NCBI GenBank assembly: GCA_048938855.1
Contig: JBHLLT010000024.1
Location: 1-42,883, forward strand
Reading direction: 5' to 3'
Source of the DNA: Promethearchaeota archaeon
GTDB taxonomy: Archaea; Asgardarchaeota; Lokiarchaeia; Sigyniarchaeales; SOKP01
Length of the DNA: 42,883 nucleotides
The notes beneath the pieces were generated by a model. The model did not search any database. It saw nothing but the letters and a program-made list of their open reading frames with translations, and was not told where the DNA came from. Of the stretch, positions 35,520 through 42,883 are shown one piece after another. The first letter of the stretch is position 1, and each line of letters opens with the position of its first letter. The translations under genes and the position numbers were made by a program.

Positions 35520-37445
35520 ATGTCAGGAGAAGAAAAAGACTCATCAACAAAACATGTTTTAGAACTCATTGGATTAGCTCATGATGAGGTTGATACTTAT
35601 TTTAAGATTACAGGAAGAGGTCCTGTAATGGTAGGAGAAATTGCTCTACTTAATAATACAACTGAAGAAAGAGCTACTGAAATCGCTAAAAATTTATTAG
35701 AAAAAGGCCTTCTTAAACAAATTCCGGGGAAGATGCCGGTCTATGAAGCTTTACCTCCTTATGCAGCACTTGTTAGTCAAATTCATCAGTTTAAAGAAAC
35801 AATAAAATCTTTTCAAAACGTTTCTCCTCAAAATATTCAAGCTAAATTTGATTCATTAGGAGAACAATCTACAAAACTTAAGAAACTTGACGACTATAAG
35901 TCATATCTTCAAATAATGAAATCCAAATTACCATCACAGATAAAAGAACAATTTAATCGTTTTGAAAAAGAAATGGAACAAGTAAGTAGGTTTCGAGATG
36001 TAAGAAGATTCATACTTAATTTAAAAGAAATAGTTCCTGCCGATATAACTAGAGATTTTGAGGCAATGGAATCTCGTTTGGACTCTGTAAAATCTGAGAT
36101 CGCATCTAGATTTGAAAAGCAATTTAGGATTGGAGCTTTAAGCAATATGGCAGAAAAAATCGTGTCGAAGGTAATTTCAGAGCAATTTGCAGAAATAACT
36201 AAAACATTTAAAAATAAATTTGTAGAAACTACTCAAAGTATGTTAGATCAAGTCATAAATCAATTAGGTAGTCTTACAGATACAGCGGGTGAAATCAGTA
36301 CTGACTTAGGAACTGTATTTACTGATATTCAAGGCGGGATGGTCAGTACATTAGATGATTTAGAAAAAAGAGTTACTGGAGTTTATGATGATATTCTAAC
36401 CGGGATTGCCGAATTGAAGGACTTATTCCGCACAGAAATTTTTGAAACGATACAAGATGACATTATCCATAACATTATAAATCAGTTAGAAAGTGCAGAG
36501 TTGACAATGCAAGAATTTTGGGAACGTTCAAAACAAGCTTCACTTTTAAGTTTCAAAGATGTTTGGTTTGTACGAAGTGTAGAAGCAATCAAAGCTCAAA
36601 TAAATGAATCATTATCTCGTGTGAAAATGCGAGTTCATATTGTAGCTCCGAAGTTAGAAGACATTGACTTAGTAGCATTAACAAGTTTAAAAAAACATAT
36701 AAATATTAGAGTTTCGACCAATTTTGATCTAAATAATCCACAAGATCAAATGAGATTTAAGCAAGTAGAAGGATATTCAAATTTAACTATACGACACTTT
36801 CCTAGAGAAAATCTGTGGTCGATAAATAAAGATTTCGAAGAAGTTATTGTATGTGTATTATCAAAATCAGAAACAGGAGAATTACAAATAGCTGGAATGG
36901 GCTCAGTATTAGAAGAACATGTAAAATTATTTGCAGCAGTATTAGAAGATGTATGGATACAGAGTAAAAAATTTGACCAAGCAGAAATTGCTCAAGTGAT
37001 TAAATATGCCCCTGAACCAACTATACCAAAACCAGAATATCACCAACCGATTACTTCTCCCGCACCAAAACCTTCCCAACCATTACCTTCTACACCTAAA
37101 CCGATAATTGCACCCTCAGTCCCTGAAATACCAAAGCCTCAAATAGAATCAGTAAGACCTTCTTCAATAGTAAAACCAGATATAGATTTATCAACGGATG
37201 GCTTTCTTTCAAATCAATTTGACAATCTTTTAAGTAAAATCGATACCGTATCAGGAGAAAACCTCGCACTCCTATTAGAAAAATTACAGGATGATCTACT
37301 TGAAAAAAAAGGATTCAGTGCTATTCTAAGACAAATGAGGATGGGAATTGATCCACTTAAAAGAAATAGGAACCTACTAACTAACACCGAAAAAGATGAA
37401 CTAAGAAATAAGATAAGATTTTGGAGATCTAAATTAAACCTTTAA
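35520..37445 (+). CDS. TrmB-family regulator-like protein: wHTH, long helical repeat region, PLD-like effector domain, Pro-rich linker, C-terminal helical domain
   Basis: LELIGL-x3-E-x2-Y...EIA...LLEKGLL...YEALPP (TrmB HTH); VWFVRS-x-EAI-x3-I-x6-K-x2-V-x-I-x2-P (TrmB effector domain). Confidence 0.75.
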   Translation: MSGEEKDSSTKHVLELIGLAHDEVDTYFKITGRGPVMVGEIALLNNTTEERATEIAKNLLEKGLLKQIPGKMPVYEALPPYAALVSQIHQFKETIKSFQNVSPQNIQAKFDSLGEQSTKLKKLDDYKSYLQIMKSKLPSQIKEQFNRFEKEMEQVSRFRDVRRFILNLKEIVPADITRDFEAMESRLDSVKSEIASRFEKQFRIGALSNMAEKIVSKVISEQFAEITKTFKNKFVETTQSMLDQVINQLGSLTDTAGEISTDLGTVFTDIQGGMVSTLDDLEKRVTGVYDDILTGIAELKDLFRTEIFETIQDDIIHNIINQLESAELTMQEFWERSKQASLLSFKDVWFVRSVEAIKAQINESLSRVKMRVHIVAPKLEDIDLVALTSLKKHINIRVSTNFDLNNPQDQMRFKQVEGYSNLTIRHFPRENLWSINKDFEEVIVCVLSKSETGELQIAGMGSVLEEHVKLFAAVLEDVWIQSKKFDQAEIAQVIKYAPEPTIPKPEYHQPITSPAPKPSQPLPSTPKPIIAPSVPEIPKPQIESVRPSSIVKPDIDLSTDGFLSNQFDNLLSKIDTVSGENLALLLEKLQDDLLEKKGFSAILRQMRMGIDPLKRNRNLLTNTEKDELRNKIRFWRSKLNL

Positions 37446-37623
37446 GATTTTAAGTAATTTTTTTTCTAATTACCATATTTTCTATGTAATTTTTTTTTGT
37501 TTCAAATTCTTTTTTCCTCAGACTCATATGTATTAAATATATATTGATTCCTTCAGATCTTAAGCTAAAAATTTATATTTTTTGCGAATGATTTAAATAA
37601 AGAATCAAAAAGGTGGAAATTTT

Positions 37624-37992
37624 ATGCCTAAAATTGTACATTTTGAAATAAATTCAGATGATCCATTAAGAGCAAAAAAATTTTATGAAAGCACTTTTGA
37701 TTGGAAATTTGAAAAGTGGGAAGGTCCAATGGAATACTGGGTAATTGAAGCGGGTAAGGATGATGAAGAAGGAATTAATGGAGGATTACAAAAAAGAGAA
37801 GAACCTAACGATCAGGTTTTTAACTATATTCAAGTTTCCAATGTAGATAAGTTTAAGGTGAAAATTGAAAAAGCTGGGGGTACAATTGAAAGCCCTAAAA
37901 TTACAGTGCCAGGAGTAGGATACTTCTATATGTTTAAGGATACAGAAGGAAATAAACTTGGCATTATGGAAGAAGATGAAAATGCTAAATAA
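37624..37992 (+). CDS. VOC/glyoxalase-family protein
   Basis: IVHFEI-x2-DD-x2-RA-x2-FY-x3-F-x-W, INGG, AGG, FKDTEGN. Confidence 0.92.
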   Translation: MPKIVHFEINSDDPLRAKKFYESTFDWKFEKWEGPMEYWVIEAGKDDEEGINGGLQKREEPNDQVFNYIQVSNVDKFKVKIEKAGGTIESPKITVPGVGYFYMFKDTEGNKLGIMEEDENAK

Positions 37993-38036
37993 AATTACAT
38001 TTTTTTTTTATTTGTCTTAATTAGAATTAATCCCTA

Positions 38037-38186
38037 TTAAAAATCGAAATTTTTAGAAGTCTTTTTGACATTTTTAGGATACTTCTTTTGACACTTTTTA
38101 CATAATGCTCTTGAGTCATTAAAATCCAATTTTATTTCTTTTCCGCAAGATTTACAATTTACTATTATTTTAACCAGTTTTATCAC
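38037..38186 (-). CDS. Small basic zinc-ribbon protein (49 aa)
   Basis: MIKLVKIIVNCKSCGKEIKLDFNDSRALCKKCQKKYPKNVKKTSKNFDF; CxxCG-x13-CxxC. Start codon uncertain. Confidence 0.65.
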   Translation of the reverse strand: MIKLVKIIVNCKSCGKEIKLDFNDSRALCKKCQKKYPKNVKKTSKNFDF

Positions 38187-38408
38187 ACTTATTGTATTTC
38201 TACTAAAATTTGATAGATTAATTCATCATTAATATATGCTATGATTCTTATTGTAAAAACTGAGCTCTTATTTTATATCAAATATTCTCAATTTACACTT
38301 ATAATTTTTTAATCTAAAATGACTCAATAGACTTTTAATTAACACAAGATTAAAAAAAGTATTTTAATATAAACTTTTGTTGGTTAATTATCATTATTTT
38401 GAATATTA

Positions 38409-40214
38409 TTAATATCCACGATACGTTGGATACCAGTATTGACTACTCATTGGATTATACGGAAATCCCTTCAAAGTTTCAGTGTGCACGAAATAGCGTT
38501 TATCATAATATAAAGGTATTTCGTAATAATACTTATCATGAACTAAGTACTGAAGTTTCTTATAAAGCTCATATCTTTGATGAGTATCAGTTTCAGCTAA
38601 AACAGTAGTAAGGAGTGAATTAATTTCAGAATTATTAATTTTTCCAAAGTTTGACGCAGATGCAGGATTAACCAGAGGATTAATCATAGTAAAGGTTTCA
38701 AAATACTCAGGAACCCATCCAGAATAAAAAATATGAAGTTCTTTTGGAGAACTGGGATCATCCCATTGAAAACGTTGGTCTGGGTACGCAGTTTTAATTC
38801 CTATCATATGCATATCATCTCTAAACTGATCAAGAAGATCAATTATATAATTGCTAAATCCTTTATAATGGAAATTAAAACCATTAAATGTAAAATTACC
38901 TGTAGGTAATGTCCACCCTGATGCATTGGTTGTCGGAATGAATTCGGCTGATAACCATAAAGATTCGTTAGTACCAGCAGTGAACTTTTCTCCAACTTGA
39001 GAACCTACATCCCAAGGTATATCATTTGTATAGCCATACCCCATACTTTGCATAATTATTCTAGCCAAGGGGATATTATATGATCCTCCAACCACTGATT
39101 GGTTATGTGCCGGGAAACCAGAAGGGACTAAAGAGTTAGCCGAAACAACAGTACCTTGACTAATATGTTCAATGAAATTAGTATGATTGAAAGCACTACA
39201 CATTGCTTTTCTCCACGTTTGATTTATAATTTCAGAATTAAAACCAATATACCAATAGAGAGATCCTGCTATATATTCCATAGTTCCATCTCCGGTTACT
39301 GTAATATCAGGATCTGCTTCAAAATCAGGTTTGAGTGAAGCAATTCCTTGACCTAAATAATCAATATCTCCAGCTAACATAGCATTGTTAGCAGTAACGG
39401 CATCTTTATAATATACATAGGCAATTTTATCCCAATACGCACCAGTTCTCCAATATCTTTCCCATCGGGCAAATCGAATCTCTGAGTTAGGAATATATCC
39501 AACTAATTTGAAAGGTCCAGTTCCAATAAGGAGATCTGTACCAAGACTTAACATTCTATCTTTAGGAGTAGATTCATGACCTACAATATAACTTGCTGTA
39601 TAGGATAAAAGTCCTTCAGTAGGGGCAAATGGACCATTAAGATAAAGCCTAACCACCAAGGGATTACTTGCTTTATGTGCATCCCACCAAATCCTACTCA
39701 AGGTATCATTAAAGATAGGATGACCATTACTAAACTTATAGAGAGAGTGTGGGAAAGCTTGAACATATTTAGTAGGATCTAATGTTCCTGTCCAGTTTCC
39801 GAAAAAGTTAATTCTTTCAAAAGTCCAAACAACATCTTCTCCAGTAAGTTTTTGACCATCATGAAAAAACACATTGTCCCGTAAAGTAAACTCAACACAT
39901 GTCTCATTAAGCCAAACCCATGATTCAGCAAGTCTAGGAACAATTGGGAAACTAAGGTCTGTTAAATCAGTAGCAATTAGAGGTTCAACAACTTGATCAA
40001 GCATATCATTTGATGTCCTGTCCCAGCTATCACAAGGGTCCATAGTAAGAGGATTGGATGTCTGTGCTATTTTTAAATCTGGATAAAAATAGTCAACCCC
40101 TATGAATACATTTCTTATTAAAATATAACTAAAACTGCCAAAAATAATAACATTCAGTATAATAACAATTATTATAGCAGGTTCCAAGAATTTTATATCA
40201 CTTCTTTTACTCAT
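38409..40214 (-). CDS. Family 5 (OppA/DppA-like) solute-binding protein with N-terminal TM anchor, copy 1
   Basis: TMDP, PRLAESW, FTLRDNVFFHDG, GTGPFKL, YIGFN, RKA. Confidence 0.92.
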   Translation of the reverse strand: MSKRSDIKFLEPAIIIVIILNVIIFGSFSYILIRNVFIGVDYFYPDLKIAQTSNPLTMDPCDSWDRTSNDMLDQVVEPLIATDLTDLSFPIVPRLAESWVWLNETCVEFTLRDNVFFHDGQKLTGEDVVWTFERINFFGNWTGTLDPTKYVQAFPHSLYKFSNGHPIFNDTLSRIWWDAHKASNPLVVRLYLNGPFAPTEGLLSYTASYIVGHESTPKDRMLSLGTDLLIGTGPFKLVGYIPNSEIRFARWERYWRTGAYWDKIAYVYYKDAVTANNAMLAGDIDYLGQGIASLKPDFEADPDITVTGDGTMEYIAGSLYWYIGFNSEIINQTWRKAMCSAFNHTNFIEHISQGTVVSANSLVPSGFPAHNQSVVGGSYNIPLARIIMQSMGYGYTNDIPWDVGSQVGEKFTAGTNESLWLSAEFIPTTNASGWTLPTGNFTFNGFNFHYKGFSNYIIDLLDQFRDDMHMIGIKTAYPDQRFQWDDPSSPKELHIFYSGWVPEYFETFTMINPLVNPASASNFGKINNSEINSLLTTVLAETDTHQRYELYKKLQYLVHDKYYYEIPLYYDKRYFVHTETLKGFPYNPMSSQYWYPTYRGY

Positions 40215-40232
40215 GATACCCTCTCATTATAA

Positions 40233-40766
40233 TTATACAAAAAATGGTATGTATGTAATGAAACCAAACACAAATGAAGCTAGATTTGCTGTAATAGTAG
40301 ATTTTATAATCTTCATATTTTTCACTGGGTATTTAAAACAGGGAATTATATTGAGTTTTTGATAGATTTTTAAATATAAAAGACACTCCAACAAAATGGG
40401 AAAAATCTCAATTAAAATTGATATAAAGAGAATATTAACAGCATCAAACTCACCTAAAGGGATTTGAAAAATGACAAAAGCAATGATTTGCGTTATAGGA
40501 AAGTTAATTAAATTTACCAGAAAAATTGAATTGTAGAAATCTTTCGCATGTTTCATTAATTCATTTTTCTTTAAAAACAAACGAAAAACTAATATTTCTA
40601 TCAAAAGTGTAATAACAAATAAAAAATTCATGTAGAGAAACATAATTCCTGGTCGAAATGGAGAAACAGGAGCGGGAATTGGATTAGCTCTCACCATAGG
40701 AATGAAAAAGAAAAAAACACCTAAACAAATTACACCCTTTAGACTTAAATTCCTAAAGTTGGTCAT
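40233..40766 (-). CDS. Small polytopic membrane protein with signal peptide
   Basis: Signal peptide ending VRA-NP; about four hydrophobic helices with intramembrane E and N residues (LLIE, VNLI, LIE, LLE, ANL). Confidence 0.7.
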   Translation of the reverse strand: MTNFRNLSLKGVICLGVFFFFIPMVRANPIPAPVSPFRPGIMFLYMNFLFVITLLIEILVFRLFLKKNELMKHAKDFYNSIFLVNLINFPITQIIAFVIFQIPLGEFDAVNILFISILIEIFPILLECLLYLKIYQKLNIIPCFKYPVKNMKIIKSTITANLASFVFGFITYIPFFV

Positions 40767-40966
40767 AATTATTATATGAAATGTTTGGTTTTCTCTATAA
40801 CTAGGAGATATTTTCCTCTTTCTCCATTTAAATTTTTGTTTTAAATATCAGATATTTTGAGATTAGATGTAATATTTTGATTGTAAAATTATTAAAAAAA
40901 TATTAAAATGAAAAAAGCAATTTTCTGATTAGACATCTACAATATTTTTAATTTTCTTCTTATTAA

Positions 40967-42739
40967 TTAATAATCACGATAGGTTGGATACCAGTATAGA
41001 CTGCTCATTGAATTATATGGAAATCCCTTCAAAGTCCCAGCGTGCACAAAAGAGAGTTTATTATAATATAAAGGCATATGGTAATAGTATTTATCATGAA
41101 TTAAGTATTGAAGCTTTTTATAATATTGACACCTTTGTAGAGTATTTATTTCAGCTGTAGCCTGATCAAGGAGAATGTTAAGTTCGGTATTATTAATCTT
41201 ACCATAATTACTAGCTGATTCAGGATTTATCAATGGATTAATCATAACAAAAGCCTCAAAATAGTCTGGTCCCCAACCAGCAAACCATATGTGTCGTGTA
41301 TTAAACTTACGGTGAAATGGATCCCAACTTAATATTTGTGGAGTTATATCAATTCCAATTAAATCCATATCTTCTGAAAATCGTTGGATAAGAAGTTCAA
41401 TATGGTGATTATATTGTTTATAACCGAAATCCCAATGATGATCTGAGAAGTTTCCTCCCAAAGGAATAAAAGAAGCATATTTCCATAGCGTTTCATTTGT
41501 ACCAGGATAAAAATTCTCACCATCTTGAATGCCTACATCCCAAGGAATACCATCTGTATATCCGTATCCCATACTCTGCATGATTAGTCGAGCATATGGA
41601 ATATTATATGTGCCGCCTACAATTGAAGCATTGTGTCCAGGAAAACCGGGAGGGACTAGTGAATTTGCTTTTATAAATGTATCTTCTAGAATTTCTTTAA
41701 CAAGATAAGTATAATTAAACGCATGACAAATCGCTTTTCGCCAGGTTTGATTTATCCATTCAGTGTTAAATCCAATATACCAGTATACTTGCCCATTTAT
41801 ATAATCGTTAGTACCGTTCCCAGTCACCGTTATATCCGAATCAGCTTCAAAATCGGGCATAAACGATGCAAGTCCCTGACCTAACCAATCAACTTTTCCG
41901 TTAAGCATCGCATTGTTAGCGTTGACACCTCTACTATTATAATCATAATCTCTATAAAGTACATAGATAATTTGATCCCAAAAAGCTCCAGTTCTCCAAT
42001 ATCTCTCCCATCGAGCAAATCGAATCTCTGAGGTAGGAATATATCTCACTAATTTGAAGGGTCCTGTTCCAATAACTAGATCTTCGGCACGATCCAACAT
42101 TTCATCTGCGGGAGTAGAATTAGGATGAACTATTGAACTTGCCGTATAAGCAAGTAATCCTTCAACTGGTCCATAGGGTCGATTTAATTTCAGAGTTACA
42201 TTATAATCATCAGTAGCATAACTTAAAGTATCATTAAAGATAGGATTTCCATCTCTAAATTTATAAAGCGAATGCGGAAATGCCATAACCTGGGTCTCAG
42301 GATCCAAGGTTCCAGACCAATTACCAAAATAATTAATTCTTGTAATTGTATACAAAACGCAATCTGCGGTAAACCGTGAACCATCATGAAAAAACACATT
42401 TTCTCGCAGTTTGAATTCGATGGTTGTATTATCAAGCCAAAGCCATGATTCTGCAAGGCGTCCTACAAGTGGAAGATTTGGATCAGTTAAATCATACGCA
42501 AGGAGAGTCTCAAGCACTTGATTAAGCATATCATTTGATACACTATCCCATGCATCTACAGGGTCCATAGTAACTGGGTTAGATGTCATTGCTACTCTGA
42601 GAATTTCTCCCGTTTCAGTATTACGATTAAAGATTGAAGAAAGTAACACCGCACTAAAACTGCTAAAAACGACAATATTAGCTATCAATGCAATAAAAAT
42701 TGCCCAATTTAAAATCTTATTATGAAACTTCTCTCTCAT
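40967..42739 (-). CDS. Family 5 solute-binding protein with N-terminal TM anchor, copy 2
   Basis: Same motifs as copy 1 with long identical stretches (SEIRFARWERYWRTGA, HDKYYY, YWYPTYR). Confidence 0.92.
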   Translation of the reverse strand: MREKFHNKILNWAIFIALIANIVVFSSFSAVLLSSIFNRNTETGEILRVAMTSNPVTMDPVDAWDSVSNDMLNQVLETLLAYDLTDPNLPLVGRLAESWLWLDNTTIEFKLRENVFFHDGSRFTADCVLYTITRINYFGNWSGTLDPETQVMAFPHSLYKFRDGNPIFNDTLSYATDDYNVTLKLNRPYGPVEGLLAYTASSIVHPNSTPADEMLDRAEDLVIGTGPFKLVRYIPTSEIRFARWERYWRTGAFWDQIIYVLYRDYDYNSRGVNANNAMLNGKVDWLGQGLASFMPDFEADSDITVTGNGTNDYINGQVYWYIGFNTEWINQTWRKAICHAFNYTYLVKEILEDTFIKANSLVPPGFPGHNASIVGGTYNIPYARLIMQSMGYGYTDGIPWDVGIQDGENFYPGTNETLWKYASFIPLGGNFSDHHWDFGYKQYNHHIELLIQRFSEDMDLIGIDITPQILSWDPFHRKFNTRHIWFAGWGPDYFEAFVMINPLINPESASNYGKINNTELNILLDQATAEINTLQRCQYYKKLQYLIHDKYYYHMPLYYNKLSFVHAGTLKGFPYNSMSSLYWYPTYRDY

Positions 42740-42757
42740 ATTAAAATCTCCAATCTT

Positions 42758-42883
42758 TTAAATTGTAAATAGACCGTAAGTAAAAATACCCACTGCGAAT
42801 GATACCAAATTGGCAGTAATAGTAGATTTTATTACTGTTTTGTTTCTTACTCGCTGTTCGAAATATGAAATTTCATTCCAAGT
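42758..42883 (-). CDS. 3' end of a paralog of the 40233-40766 membrane protein (truncated by window edge)
   Basis: TWNEISYFEQRVRNKTVIKSTITANLVSFAVGIFTYGLFTI* shares IKSTITANL-x-SF-x2-G-x2-TY with the paralog. Confidence 0.8.
   Translation of the reverse strand, partial: TWNEISYFEQRVRNKTVIKSTITANLVSFAVGIFTYGLFTI

Noticed and set aside
38051-38100. Imperfect direct repeat CTTTTTGACATTTTTA / CTTTTGACACTTTTTA as a CRISPR remnant or operator
   Set aside because: Only two short units, and they lie within the Lys-rich coding sequence of the zinc-ribbon ORF on the - strand.
2887-42456. Short antisense or nested ORFs in the track (e.g. 2887, 5109, 8282, 9407, 10560, 14412, 15860, 17321, 18106, 19664, 20399, 21618, 23443, 24933, 27565, 29707, 30337, 30972, 32306-32819, 33811, 35909, 38399, 39156, 42223)
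   Set aside because: They overlap well-supported genes and have no recognisable motifs, so they are treated as shadow ORFs.

Overview
AT-rich archaeal DNA with Asgard (probably Lokiarchaeia-like) hallmarks: longin/roadblock/uDENN-type genes, C-terminally anchored surface proteins and frequent non-ATG starts. The taxonomy is inferred from gene content only. About 5.3-19.6 kb is an isoprenoid supercluster carrying every step of the modified archaeal mevalonate pathway from HMG-CoA synthase onward. It includes HMGS with a probable DUF35 fusion, class II HMGR, MVK, two-subunit AcnX phosphomevalonate dehydratase, UbiD decarboxylase with UbiX and an LpdD-like prFMN chaperone, and an IPK-IDI2 fusion, plus GGPP synthase, geranylgeranyl reductase and a cis-prenyltransferase. 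The most striking signal is in the cis-prenyltransferase (uppS). It starts at 18808, not 19102, and its invariant DGNRR motif is split by a 30-nt, stop-containing hairpin flanked by complementary exon sequence, a candidate bulge-helix-bulge-like mRNA intron. Also present: a GCS2-type carboxylate-amine ligase plus amidohydrolase locus, a surface protein / uDENN-wHTH / TrmB operon, two genes apparently using ATA/ATT starts, two unannotated Cys-rich microproteins, tandem MBL hydrolases and a duplicated membrane protein plus family-5 solute-binding protein unit. No rRNA, tRNA, CRISPR or transposase was recognised. All family assignments are from motif recognition by eye; no searches were run.
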